A DNA stretch of 64,000 nt, taken from NCBI GenBank assembly GCA_951406725.2, contig OX597833.1:33976001-34040000 (forward strand), read 5' to 3'. This document shows, piece after piece, positions 1-13,022 of the stretch. Each line of letters opens with the position of its first letter. Position 1 is the stretch's first letter. Source of the stretch: Octopus vulgaris (taxonomy: Eukaryota). The translations under genes were made by a program, and so were the position numbers. Below the pieces are notes generated by a model. It was given only the letters and a program-made list of their open reading frames with translations. It was not told the DNA's origin and did not search any database.

Positions 1-709
1 ATAAAAATGATATTTAAAATAATATAAAAATAAAGGTTAATGCACTGGTATAACGCTAAAAGTGCAAGAAGGTTATAGCCACGGAAATGAGGATTGGCTG
101 CAGACAGTGTTTCAATCGAGCCGGTACATGTATAAAAGAATAACAGTATACATAGACAAAAAACTGGTATCTGGTCAGATTATGGCATCTTCATATTTTT
201 ATATTGATATATCCTGAGGGTAGAGAGGAATGTTTCAGGAGTTTTGATCGCAAGAGATCAATAAAAGACCGGTTGAGGAATGTTCCTAATGGTTGTGATC
301 TATGGTGGTATTCCTCCGGAAGAGTTATAAGATAAGTCCGTATTATCGATATTAGCTAGCAGATTAAGGTCGGTCATCATAGATGAAAATCCAAAGCTAG
401 GTGAGAAGGAAGGAGGTGTGTATATATCCCTTACAGCTGCTTCAAAAATAGATACACAATTGTAATTCGTTGCTAGCAGTCATCAGCCGGCATTTTAGCG
501 GCAATCTCATGAAAAATGCTGGCTGCGGACTGTTTGCAGGGTATTGAACTAACCGTGCATCTGTTCTTGAAACAGCTGTAAGGGCTGCATGCACTACTTC
601 TTCCTTCTTATCATCCAGCTTGGATTTTACCTATGATGACCTACCTTAATCTACTAGCTAATATCAATAATACGGACTTACATTATAACATTTCCGGAGG
701 AATACTAAT

Positions 710-3700
710 TGTAGAGGCAAAAGCAGTCAGCGCCATATTGGATGACATCTCGCGACAGCCATTGCCATCTCCGAGACTGGAGCAAGACCTCACCTGCATC
801 CATTTGCCATGCGCGAGATCACAACGAGGCTCGCGGTGGCAAACTGTATATAAGGGCCAAACAGAAACAGATTCATTCTCTCCGCTTCTTCGCAGCAGCG
901 CTTACTGATCACACTTCACTGGCTGGGCCTGTCTGCATGTTGTACCTCCAGAGGGAATGTGCCTGCACTAACAGAGATACAACATGTCGCACCCAGCTTG
1001 AGATGGTTGCTGAGAGCAACACACTTCTCCTCTGCTGTGAAACTTGTAAATAAACCGGTTGTAAATTGCATTTGTGCTTAAAGACTTTTTTCTTCGCCTG
1101 CCGGAGCCAGAACTACACGAAGAACAAGATATAATGGGAGAAGGCGATATTCTCCCGATATCGTAAACCTTGCCTTCCATTATAAAATCGTGACCCCGTC
1201 GTAGAAAAGGTTTTTCGGCAGCCGCAAGCTTTATCGTATAGATGCTTCAACTGAATCACAGACTGCCGGTTTTTACTCGCTTCCAACTGATAAACACATG
1301 AATGACCACAATTCCAGCCGTCCATCAACTTCTGGCAAGCCGCCCATCAACTTCCAGCCATCGTTCCTGCCGCCAAATTTGAATTGCCCCACGTGGAAAC
1401 AGAATTTTACCGGTCGCATGCCATTTTCTGGCGACTTTTTCAACTGACAACAAAAAACTACAAAAAAAATTTTGGGGGGTACAAGCATACACATACAATT
1501 ACAGTGTTTTTTGGCATTTTTTTTAAATTTTCTTTCAGCACAAATACAGGTTTAGCGACGAAAGTTTTCTTGTCTGTGCATACAGCACACAATTCTATAA
1601 ATTTTGCTCGGAATTTTTTTTCTTCTCGCACACACGCTATTATTTCCAACACTTTTTGTCGGTCTTTTGGTCCATTTCTTTTCTCCTCTAACAGAAAAAA
1701 AAAACAAAAAATGAGTTTACCTAATCTTCCATCTTTCACTAGTGCCGTCACGCTTTGGTTCGCTCAGTTGAAGGCGCATTTTGCGGCACATGCTGTACCT
1801 TGGCAGCGACAATTAAATCTTCTCTTTTGTAGCATTCCTGAATCACTCGCTACTTTAGTCAGGGATCCCATCACTGATCCTCGTCCGGATGCGACTGATG
1901 ATGTAGTCAAATCCGAGGTTCTCCGACGGAACACTAAATCTGCGGTGTCTAAGTTTAAACAGCTAATGCAAGATGAGGATTAGGAGACAGGACGCCGTCT
2001 CAATTTTTACGGCATCTCCGCAAGCTCAGCGACATGACTGAGGACAACTCACTCTTACGAAAGCTTTTCTTCTCCCGGCTACCTCCCAATGTGCAAACTA
2101 TCTTAGCCACAGCGGTTGATACCAACACCGTGGATCAACTAGCTACTATGACTGATAATATTTTAGTGTTCGCTACCCAGCCAGCATCTCACTATGTCTG
2201 CTCTTTCTCGGAGTTTTCCTCCGCTGCATCTTCTTCATTACAGGATGATATTTTGGAGAAACTTGCTTCCTTAACACGTCGAATGGACGCGCATTGGGGA
2301 GGGCGCTCCAAGTCTTTGCGCCGTCGCAGTCGAAGCCGGTCCCGTTCGCACACGACCGATTCCTCTTCATCTAGTTCCGATCTTTGTTGGTACCACGCCA
2401 GGTATCAGCATAAAGCCCGTAAATGCATTCGGCCTTGTTCTTTCCAATCGTCGGAAAATGACCTGCGGAGGGTTTGAGCACGTCAAGCACTTCCGGCCAA
2501 TTATCCTCAAATCGTGCATTTTTTGTGAAGGACCGCCTGTCTAATGAGACGTTTATAGTTGACACGGGTTTTAGTTGCTCTATCTGGCTTTTGCCTCTCG
2601 CTACAGACAAGCCAAAGCGTTCAGAGATCACCTTGCACGCGGTCAATTGGTCTCCTATTGCGACTTATGGTCTAATTTCATTAAATATTGACATTAATCT
2701 TCGCCGGGATTTCTGGTGGATTTTTGTCATAGCTGATCTCCCACATCCTATTCTGGGTGCAGAGTTTTTGAACAATTTTAATCTATTGGTAGATGTCAGG
2801 CGACAGAGACTTGTCGATGGTTCTGCGTCTTTGTCTACACCTGCAAAGGTCACTACCAATGCGGTTCTCAGCCCTTCATTTTTTGTTGCCACTGCTGGTG
2901 GTGCATTTCATTCACTCTTAGCTTCCTTCCCAGAGCTGGTGGATCAGCTATTCCAAACGGCAAAACCTACTCACTCGACCCTCCACTATATTACCACCAC
3001 TGGGTCACCTGTCTTTTCATGGCTGCGGCGACTTGCCCCTGACAGTCTTTAGAAGGTTAGGTCCGAGTTTGAGCATATGCTCCAGCTTGGCCTTATTCGC
3101 CTCTCCACCACCCCTTGGACATCTCCCCTTCCTTTGGCACGAAAAGGGGATTCTGATTTTCGCCCGGTGGGGGATTATAGACGTTTGAATGCGGTCACTG
3201 TTCCCGATCGCTATCCCATACGAAATCTACAGGACTTCTCTCATTTGCATGGTTGTGCTATTTTTTCTAAGGTCGACCTCGTTCGTGCCTATCATCAAAT
3301 ACCAGTCAATCCTGATGACGTACCAAAAACTCGATCGGTGCTGTTTTACAGCACACCGTAGACAATCAGACTAAACCTTTGGCGTTTTTTTCTCGTCAAT
3401 TAAAGCCAGCTGAACGTCGGTACAGTAAGTTTGATCGTGAGCTCTTGACGATCTACCTGTCAATTCGTCATTTTCAAAATCAACTCGAGGGCCGAGATTT
3501 TGTGATTTATACTGATCACAAGCCTCTTATGTTTGTTCTGTCATCTAAATCGGACAAATATTCGCCTCGTGCTTTTGGCCACCTGGACTACATTTCCCAG
3601 TTCACGAGTGACATTCGGCACATACCTGGAACAGAGAACGTGCCTGCTGACGCATTCTCTCGTCTTGCTGTGTGCTCCCTTTCATCTCCTGCTGCAATCG

Positions 3701-5760
3701 ATTTAACTACCATTGCGCAGGATCAGCCAGCTCTGGACAGTTTGGATTTAGCTTCTACCAAGTTGTCCTCCCACTTCCGACTGCTGAAGGCACCATTCTT
3801 TGTGGCACAGCTACTGGTTCTCCCAGACCGTTTGTACCTGAGAACCACCAGCGCTCCGTTTTTGTTGCCTTGCATTCACTGTCATATCCTGGCGTCGCTG
3901 CCTCGGTGAAGCTTATTGCGGCTCGGGTTTTGTGGCCTAATATGCGCCGGATGATCATCGATTGGGCACGCTCTTGTGTAAAATGCCAGCGTTCTAAAAT
4001 CCACAGGCATATTTGCGCTCCCCTTGGACAGTTTTCTACTCCGGAGACTCGCTTTCGCCATGTCCACATTGATCTGGTTGGACCATGGCCAGTCGCAGTT
4101 TCTCTTACATATTGACATGCGTCGGTCGTTTCTCTCGTTGGCCAGAGGCCATTCCATTAGTGGACATTTCTGCTGAGTCGGTTGCTCGAGCTTTCGTTTC
4201 TAACAGGATTGCTCGCTTTGGTGTCCCAGCTAAAATAACCACTGATTGCGGACGCCAGTTCGAGGCTTGCCTATTTCGCGAATTATCACGAATCCTTGGA
4301 GTTCATCACATTCGTCCAACCAGCTACCATCCAGCCTCCAACGGGATGGTCGAACGTTTTCACAGGCAACTGAAGGCCGCCCTACGCACCACTTCTGATC
4401 CGCAATCTTGAACAGAATTTCTGCCTATCGTTCTTCTTGGTTGTCGCACTGCTGTTAAAGCAGACTTAGGTTTCTCCTCTACTGACCACCTTTACAGTAC
4501 CACCCTGGCACTCCCTGGTACAATGTTAGTGTCAGACAACTCATCGCCTCCTGATCCAACGTCGTATGCCACCAGACTTCGCTCGTATTTCTCAAGTCTT
4601 CCACCCATTCATCTGCGTGACTAATCTATTCCTTCTCATGTCCCATCAGACATTGACAAATGGATTCATGTTTTTGTTTGGGATGATTCTGTCAGAGGAC
4701 TTATCGTTTTTCCTTATAAGGGACCATTTTGTGTGCTATCGCACACACCCAAAACATTTAATCTCGACATCAATGGTCGGACAGAAACCGTGTCAGTCGA
4801 CAGACTTAAAAGGGCACATTTTGAGGTGCCCACACCCTTCGATGACACCCCAAACACGCCCACCTTTGATCCTTTACAACCACCTACACATCCACCTGCA
4901 TGTGCACCTTTGACCACACCATCACTTACACCTCCACCATCGTCGCGACTACCTAACACGAACAAACCCTATATTACCAGGACTGGCCGCACTGTGCATT
5001 GGCCCAAAAAACTCGCTAAAACTATTTATATCTGACAATTTCTTTTGTATTTCCTGTGACAGACAATTGCTTTTTTGTGTTACTGAACAGTTCCAATACT
5101 CTGCCATTGAACATTTTGTCAAATTTTGTGCATGCCAATTTATATTTCTTGCAAATATTTTTCTACATGACTTGTCACATTTTTGTACCACATCTTGTTG
5201 GTTGTGATTAGTTACCATCTTTGCTCTTTCTTTTGCCTGCTCCAATTATTCCGTTTTAGCACTGCCGCACTCAGTGGGGAGCCCTTGTAGCGACACAAGC
5301 AGTCAGCGCCATATTGGATGACATCTCGCGACAGCCATTGCCATCTCCGAGACTGGAGCAAGACCTCACCTGCATCCATTTGCCATGCGCGAGATCACAA
5401 CGAGGCTCGCGGTGGCAAACTGTATATAAGGGCCAAACAGAAACAGATTCATTCTCTCCGCTTCTTCGCAGCAGCGCTTACTGATCACTCTTCACTGGCT
5501 GGGCCTGTCTGCATGTTGTACCTCCAGAAGGAATGTGCCTGCACTAACAGAGATACAACACGACGCACCCAGCTTGAGATGGTTGCTGAGAGCAACACAC
5601 TTCTCCTCTGCTGTGAAACTTGTAAATAAACCGGTTGTAAATTGCATTTGTGCTTAAAGACTTTTTTCTTCGCCTGCCGGAGCCAGAACTACACGAAGAA
5701 CAAGATATAATGGGAGAAGGCGATATTCTCCCGATATCGTAAACCTTGCCTTCCATTATA
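710..5760 (+). mobile_element. Ty3/Gypsy LTR retrotransposon, defective (LTRs 710-1184 and 5286-5760)
   Basis: Two ~475-bp direct repeats starting TGTAG with about 7 differences. PBS-like TCGTGACCCCGTCG at 1188-1201 resembles the complement of the tRNA-Trp 3' end. Purine-rich tract at 5273-5281. Gag, protease (VDTG), RT (DYRRLN..PDRYP), RNase H (YTDHKPL, NVPADAFSR) and integrase (HIDLVGP, SNGMVERFH, GPF) occur in Gypsy order. Confidence 0.95.
1711..5035 (+). pseudogene. Gypsy gag-pol with stops, frameshifts and an internal RT/RNase H deletion
   Basis: Fragmented ORFs 1384-1983, 2034-2477, 2474-3052, 3077-3361, 3379-3909, 3672-4115, 4085-4411 and 4733-5035. RT jumps from ...DVPKT to RNase H with no YxDD motif. 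Confidence 0.9.
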
Positions 5761-5920
5761 CCACCATATATCACAACCATTAGGAACATTCCTCAACCAG
5801 TCTTTTATTAATCTCTTGCGATCAAATCTCCTGAAGCATTCTTCTCTACCCTCAGGATATATCAATATATAAGTATATAGATGTCATAATCTGACCAGAT
5901 ACCAGTTTTTTGCCTATCTA

Positions 5921-6067
<147 letters not shown>

Positions 6068-6304
6068 TTATCGAGTATGGCCATTGCACGAAGCTTAACT
6101 GTTATTGGTGCTGTAATCGAATGTGACTTTTATTTACTTTTTAAGGCTACAGACAACCATTCAGTTGAGACTCACAGCACCATCAACAATCATGAACAAT
6201 GTTGTTATCGTGCAATGCATGTGCAAAAAGTTTTTTTAAGTGAGGAAAGGCCGTGCACTGAGTCAATCCCACTCACTAAGCAACACCACATACATACATA
6301 CATA

Positions 6305-6335
<31 letters not shown>

Positions 6336-6336
<1 letters not shown>

Positions 6337-6822
6337 ACATTATTGGTGAATTGAAGAAATGGAGCTGAACGCAGATTGAACAGAAATCGTTTTATTTCAT
6401 TCTACACGTGTTTCGAAAGGCACAAATTACCAAAATCCGATGGAATAATGGGACCATATTGTGTCTTTCTCTTCAGGAAGAAAATAGGAAATCCGTTGGA
6501 AAAACAAAAACAGAACAGAGGCGGAGCAAAAACAAATCGAACTATGCTCCTAAGAGCCCATGGCTCTTAGAAATCGAACTATGCTCCTAAGAGCCCATGG
6601 GCTCTTAGGAGCATAGTTCGATTTGTTTTTGCTCCGCCTCTGTTCTGTTTTTGTTTTTCCAACGGATTTCCTATTTTCTTCCTGAAGAGAAAGACACAAT
6701 ATGGTCCCATTATTCCATCGGATTTTGGTAATTTGTGCCTTTCGAAACACGTGTAGAATGAAATAAAACGATTTCTGTTCAATCTGCGTTCAGCTCCATT
6801 TCTTCAATTCACCAATAATGTT
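6336..6822. repeat. Near-perfect palindrome (~225-bp arms) beside (TA)n, PLE pseudo-LTR-like
   Basis: The same ORFs appear on both strands (6376-6570 + and 6579-6782 -). Centre is GCCCATGGGC with a ~37-nt local duplication. The element continues to ~6975, then (TA)n. Confidence 0.95.
6672..6765 (+). ncRNA. Type I hammerhead ribozyme motif (mirror copy 6393-6486 on -)
   Basis: TTC-CTGAAGA(6682-6688)-GAAAGACACAA..TTGTGCCTTTC-GAAA(6744-6747)-CACGTG-TA-GAA. Canonical core, paired stem II, palindromic stem III, GUA cleavage triplet. Confidence 0.85.
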
Positions 6823-7195
6823 CTAATTTCAATTATCCGCACCAACGCACGGTTGCAACACCATATGGTTGTACCTCCAACCGTGCTGTTTTACTGCTGT
6901 GATTTTTGCTACTAAGGTATCGGTTAAACTTTTGATTAATCTACTACAAGATTATTCATCTTTCTATTTCACATAATATATATATATATATATATATATA
7001 TACATTCGTGCGCGCGCGCTCACACACACATGTATGTTTGTATGAGCGTATGGAAATGTTTGTGAGATTAATTCTTGTTTGTTTCACATAAATTAACATT
7101 TGACTCCACCAGCCTCTCAACGCAAAGCTGCGCTACAAGGTAATATGCATGTATACATGTGTAAGTATATGTATGTTTATATGTATGTATATACT

Positions 7196-7251
<56 letters not shown>

Positions 7252-7304
7252 CATATAAAATTTGTGAGTATATATATATATACATCTATATGTATATGTG
7301 CATA

Positions 7305-7342
<38 letters not shown>

Positions 7343-7939
7343 TATATCTATATGTGTATGTATATATATATGTGTGTGTGTGTGTGTGTATACATATGTA
7401 TGAATCGTGTATATCTGTGTGTCTATGTGTGTGCGTGCGCGTGCGTATTATATATAATATATGTTATGTATTTATTAGAGATGATAGTGTCCATAGCCAT
7501 TGATGCAGGTCCCAGCAGACGTGGAAGATTAATACGGTTACCATTCAATTTAAACAGCTATTAGGCAACAACTATATGTAAAACGTAGTAAATTTCCAGT
7601 CTTTGATATTCTGGGAAGAAAATTGCTTAGTACGGAGTTGAGAGGTATGACAATCAATATTACTCACGTAGGCAAGGCCATTGTCATGATGATTTTTACT
7701 TGTTTTTGTAAGAATTTTCATTGCATTAGGAAGTGTATGTTGTTAAAATGTATTGTATAAATTACTTTACTGCTTTGAATTAACATATTCAGGGTGTGTA
7801 GTGAGAATTTTATTATATTACTTTGAATTAATATCTGTAGGGTGTGTACTGAGAATTTTGTTATTCTGAGAAGATAATATGTTGAATATTTTAAATATCT
7901 AGTTGTTCCCAAGTAGGGATATATTCCCTTTTTAGATAT

Positions 7940-8150
7940 CTATGAAGGTGTGAATAATAAATACATACATGGGTTTCAAGGGCCCTCAACAATTCACCAT
8001 CCTGCCAAACAACCTCAGAGATTTGGGAAGGGTAAATGTGGAGGTGTTCAAGAAGGTCTGGATAAATTTTTATCTGAGATACCAGATGAACCCGCATCGC
8101 CACAGAAGGTACAAAGACGAGCAGCTCCGTCTAACTCGCTATCGCTATTT
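7940..8150 (+). mobile_element. CR1-like LINE 3' fragment
   Basis: Translates to GFKGPQQFTILPNNLRDL..VEVFKK/LDKFLSEIPDEP, typical of a LINE ORF2 C-terminus. Confidence 0.55.
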
Positions 8151-8186
8151 CGCCAGAGACAATACAGAAAAGAAACTCAGTCACAC

Positions 8187-8218
<32 letters not shown>

Positions 8219-8236
8219 TGTATGTATGTATGTATG

Positions 8237-8312
<76 letters not shown>

Positions 8313-8947
8313 GATCCTTAAATAGTAAAGCACTAAGGTCAGATCAGTGAAATTGTTATCACATACTCTCAATATAATATTTGAGGAACAAATACGTACT
8401 TAATGAAGTAAATACGGATTTATATTCCAGTTGCATGTTCAATCACAAACGTTCGATTCGATACACCACGAGCTGCACATGGGTACAAACACTGCACCAA
8501 TTGTACTACACTCAACAGACGAGCAGCTCCGTCTAACTCGCACGAATTGCAGGTTCCGAATAGGGTGAATTATAAACAGATGCAACAGATGATAGCAACA
8601 GATGAACCGTCGTTCACTCACTTCGGTTGTTTCACTATTGATAAACAGAATTATTATATCATGCGGGAAAAAATGATGTAAAGTAAATGGAAGCTGAAAA
8701 GGGCGACAAGCTGCGGCTGGCAGCCAAAATGGTAAGAACAGGGAAAAGGGAAAAAAAGCGAATGTTAATGTTGCGGTTCTATTCCAGATAGATAAAAACC
8801 ACGCAGAAAGTATGCTTGCTGGGCGCTCAGATACAGTCTAGAAGACCTAGGTTAACTATTTAATTTTAAAATGCTTATTTTAATTGTAACTTGTAATTAT
8901 TGTTTGTTTTTATATGAAATAATATAATTATGATTATTACACAACAG

Positions 8948-9237
8948 CTGTACAACCCACGATTTTGTGACACACTGCTCACCGCCAACCAAAGCGTTGT
9001 ACGCATCGGCCATGTATTGTGGATTCATCATCGACAAACAGAGTGTTTTCGCCGAGTGCAATACAGCCTACGCAGACCAGGCGCGGCAGTACTTTGATTC
9101 CTGCATGTTTGATGTGTGCGCCTACGAATCGGACCAAAATGCAATCACGAAGAGCTTATGCAGCAACATCGAAGCATTTGCTCAGCTGTGTCTGGAGTAT
9201 GGTTATACGGTTGACTGGAGAGACAAGTATTTCTGCC
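8948..9237 (+). CDS. Exon of VWD/C8/TIL/EGF (zonadhesin/FCGBP-like) gene: C8 domain
   Basis: ACAACAG acceptor, C|GTATGT donor. Encodes C..FAEC..YFDSCMFDVC..LCSNIEAFAQLC..VDWRDKYFC. Phase 2 in, phase 1 out. Confidence 0.9.
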
Positions 9238-10396
9238 GTATGTATTAGCAAGTTGATTAAAATTGTTTGGCAATTTTGTGTGATTGTTTAATGTTGTAAA
9301 TTCCTGAGTATTTTCTCAATCACACACCGACATATTTAGACTAGAGCATGTTCTCAGATGTTGTAGTTCTAACGTTTCGCCAGTTGTACCTTCCGGTCTT
9401 TCCATGTACTTGTATTCTGTAATGTTCAAGGAATTTCAAACCGACTCCTTATTTAATCTAAGGGGGAAAAGGTTTATTGTTTTCATCCCACAGTTCACAC
9501 CAGGGATATTTTCCAATTAGTTATTCTCCTACCTGAATATGTTGCTTGAACTAGAGCAGTGACCCTAAGGAGAATGAGGCAGTGAATATAAGCATTGAAT
9601 ACTTGTTAAGTTTACTAGTTTTGGCAGTGGGCATGAGTTCTAAGCCTGAGTCAGTTAATATACACTCATGTTCATTGAGTTAAAACAGCTCTAACAATGA
9701 AATTGGGAGAGAGAGGGGGAGAGAGGGAGAGAGACAGACAGAGCATATGACATTCAGTTCTAGGAGCTGAGTGTGAAGGTGACATCGAACCAAAACAGGT
9801 GGAAGATTAACACCCCTCTACACATAAGCACATAAAAGCACACGGACACACTCACAAATACACACGTATATTCAGATATAAGTATATACATACCTACACA
9901 CATGGGGTGGCTGTCAGCTTGGAGACGAGTATGACCCTCATTAACAAATTATCTTATTTGTTAAAGACAATGGCTGTCAGCAATACCCATGCTGAAATTT
10001 CAAGTCAATAACACTCTGTACTTCTCTATTAAGACTCTCACCTACAAAACCAGGAACAACCGAATGCAAAATCTCCAGTATCGCAATGTGGCAGTCGTTA
10101 TTTCAAAATTACCTTCTCCTAAAGGGATATCTAAACAAAGACTACGGGTCTGTCATTCCGATGTGTTAGATGACCGTTTATTCTACTGAGTTCATCCTTC
10201 CTTTGAAAGATTTTGATTTTTCGTCCTGCAGGGTGACCATCGAAAACAACCCTCCCTACCAAGCAGGCTTGGTAGGGTTGCCGGTTTAGTGGATGAAAGC
10301 CCTACTAGGAGGTAGGTTGTACTGAGTTACATGTTACCAATAGCACATGTTACCAATAGCACTAACAGTGACCGGGCATAAACATATACATATACA

Positions 10397-10557
10397 GGCG
10401 CAGACGTAGCTGTGTGGTAAGAAGCTTGCTTTCCAACCACATGATTCCGGGTTCAGTCCCACTGTGTGGCACCTTGGGCAAGTAATTTTTACTATAGCCT
10501 CGGGCCGACCAAATTCTTGTGAAGAGATTTGGTTGATGGAAACTGAAAGAAGCTGAC

Positions 10558-10560
<3 letters not shown>
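10397..10560 (+). mobile_element. tRNA-derived SINE, 5' half (split by PLE insertion)
   Basis: GGCGCAGACGTAGCTGTGTGGTAAG..GGTTCAGTCCC head, same family as the intact copy at 53503-53925. Confidence 0.85.
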
Positions 10561-10600
<40 letters not shown>

Positions 10601-10605
<5 letters not shown>

Positions 10606-12505
10606 TAAAGAGTGAAAAAACGACAGAAGGCTTAAATGTTAAAAAATATATATATTTGCGTCAATATGTCTGAAGAATATTAGAAAATTTTTTAAACAAA
10701 TTTTTTTTCCTTTATAATGACATAATTTTTAAAGAAAGACCGGTTTCGCATTTAGCTTTTCAAATTTCTTGTGACGTTATGTTTATGTTTAATAGAGTTA
10801 TCCTTGTGTTTAAGCTCCGGAGAGTTCTAAATAAGGGAAGGTAGTGGGTGATTTCTTCCGGTGTAAGGGAGATAATCGCTTAAAAATTTTTTTCCTTTCC
10901 CTTAATGTGAATTTCTGTGTATCAGTATGTTCGGATGGTTGAGTCTGGGTTTGTACTTTTCAATGAAGAATGTTTCCTTGTTCAGTCTCATTTGTGTTGA
11001 TGATCCGAAAGCACATTGGTAAAATGGAAAGATTAAAAATTGTGGTAGTAGTTGCTTTGCTCATTTCTCAATGTGCTCACTAAAAGGTATCATTCTATAT
11101 TCTGGGAATGCAATCTGTTGTCGATGCAGTGTGCATCTACGTCTGAGTGATAGTCCCGTGGAACCCACGTAGTCTTGGTGGCAGCCCGAGCATTTTATGA
11201 CATAAATTATGTTTTCAGAGGCACAAGTAAAGTTAGATTTGATCTTGAATTTCTGTCCCTCTTTAAAGAGGAATTCTGATCCTTCTAGCAGGTTAGGACA
11301 TGTTGCACAGTTCGATCTACCACATTTTTTACTTTTGCATCCGTAATTTCAGAAGACAATCTTGCCTTTGTGAGAATCTTTTTAAGTGATTTAGGCTGTT
11401 TGTAGCTTTTAATGATTTGGTGTATGTTTAGAATTTCCTTTAATTTGGGGTTTTTATGAAGTATTGGTAAATTCTGGGTGATGATGGTGAAGGCTTCTTT
11501 GTTTCTGGGGTTGTATGTAGATATGTAAGGTAGTATTTTCGGGGAAGGTGTGTTGTTGTGTTGAACTTTTCTTAAAGTTTCTATGTTGATTTCTGTTGCA
11601 CGTCTGATCCCATCCTCTATGAGTTGAGCTGGGTAATGTCTATCAATTAGGGTGTTTTTGAGTTCTTGCAGTCTAAAGTTCCTGGTATTTTGTTCTGACA
11701 CTATTGTGCATATCCTTCTTGCAAGGTTGAAGGGGATGTTTGTTTTAGTGTGTCTTGGGTGGCATGAATTAAAGAGAAGGTATTGTTTGGCGTCTGTGGC
11801 TTTGTAGAAAATGTCTGTTTCTATTTTAAGGTTAATTTTTTTAATTAGTATATCCAAGAACGGGAGCTCCTTTTGGTTGTATTCCATTGTGAACTGTATA
11901 TTTGGGTTTATGTTGTTCAATAGGTTTTTAAATTTTAGGAGTTTATCTGTGTTTTCATTCCAGAGAATAAAACAATCGTCTAAGAATCGTTTCCAGTTCT
12001 CTTTTATGTATTGAGAGAGGGGATTTCCAAAGATTGATAAAGATTCCTGGTAAATGATTATTTCCATGTATCCCATTGTTAAGTTCGCAATGACTGGTGC
12101 TGCCCTTGTACCCATAGCAATTCCGGATTTTTGACGGTAAAATGTATTGTCAAACATGAAGTGGTTATTGTGTAGGATGAATTCAATTGATTTAGTAATG
12201 AATTCTTTACTGATCCTTTTTGGTATTTCTTCCGGAAATTGGTCTAACCAGAGCTGTATTGCCTCCAGTCCATAATTATGAGGTATACTGGTATACAAGT
12301 TGACTACATCAAATGAAACCAGGATTGTTTCTTCCTTGGCTTTTTTTGGAAGGTGGTTTAACATATCTAAGTCATCTCTGATATGGCTATCGATATGTTT
12401 AAGGAAGGGTTTCAGGAGGATGTCCATAAGTAGACTTAGTCTGTGTGTTTCACAGGTTGGGCCAGCTACAATGGGTCGTAGTTTTAGGTCCCCCGGGTTA
12501 GGTGT
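10601..12505 (-). mobile_element. Penelope-like element (Neptune-like), 5'-truncated: RT plus GIY-YIG endonuclease
   Basis: ORF 11285-12427 has SFDVVNLYT, GIAMGT, RFLDD, LPFLD and SCHP. Frameshifted continuation CGRSNCATC..NIIYVIKCSGC..YVGST..HRQQI runs to ~10935. Flanked by (TA)n. Confidence 0.92.
10732..10770 (-). ncRNA. Minimal HHR, U3:A8 variant, in PLE 3' pseudo-LTR
   Basis: Minus strand reads AAGAAA-T-TTGAAAA-GC TAAAT GC-GAAA-CCGG-TC-TTTCTT: 6-bp stem I, GUC triplet. Confidence 0.7.
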
Positions 12506-12544
12506 GTGTATATATATATATATATATATTTATTTATTTATTTA

Positions 12545-12815
12545 TATATACGACAGCTTCTTTCAGTCATGTGTGTGTGCGTGTGCGTGTGTATGTGTTT
12601 GCGTCTGTGTTTGTCCCCCACCATCGCTTGACATCCGATGTTGGTGTGTTTATGTCCCTGTAACTTAGCGGTTCGGCAAAAGTGACCGATAGATTAAGTA
12701 CTAGGCTTACAAAGAATAAGTCCTGGGGTCGATTTGTTCGACTAAAGGCTGTACTCCAGCATGGCTGCAGTTAAATAACGGAAACAAGTAAAAGAATAAA
12801 AGAATAAAAGAATAT
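12545..12815 (+). mobile_element. tRNA-derived SINE, 3' half
   Basis: GTAACTTAGCGGTTCGGCAAAA..CCAGCATGGCTGCAG..GTAAAAGAATAAAAGA tail, same family as 53503-53925. Confidence 0.85.
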
Positions 12816-13022
12816 TGACATACATACATACATACATACATACATACATACATACATACATACATACATACATGCATACAGACCGACAGACAGACACTAG
12901 GCTACGCGCCTTCACATGAGACATGTAGTGGTACAACTCCAGCCAAGATTACTGAACAACTTTTGCTTCTTCAGTTTTTCAACGATCTATAAATAATTTC
13001 ATATTTCTTGTTTTTACCTTAG

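Larger units (their letters stand above)
152..5917. repeat. ~710-bp fold-back element (arms 152-~500 and ~505-705 plus 5759-5917), split by a Gypsy insertion
   Basis: 5759-5917 is the reverse complement of 152-312. 311-500 mirrors 505-705 (CCCTTACAGCTGCTTCAA vs TTGAAACAGCTGTAAGGG). Ends next to (TA)n/(TACA)n. Carries an HHR-like 3' half, GAAA-CAGCTG-TA, at 569-580. Confidence 0.85.

Noticed and set aside
742-1053. 103-aa ORF duplicated at 5318-5629
   Set aside because: It lies inside the two LTRs, so the duplication reflects LTR identity. No recognisable domain.
10254-10277. Hairpin CCCTACCAAGC-AG-GCTTGGTAGGG, considered as a terminator or HDV-like ribozyme
   Set aside because: Eukaryotic context rules out a bacterial terminator, and no nested double pseudoknot could be built by eye. 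Probably part of a retroelement UTR.
10935-12427. Selenocysteine-recoding (Naiad-type) PLE
   Set aside because: The endonuclease is C-terminal rather than N-terminal. The single in-frame TGA seen near 11065 is explained equally well by decay, and no SECIS was identified.
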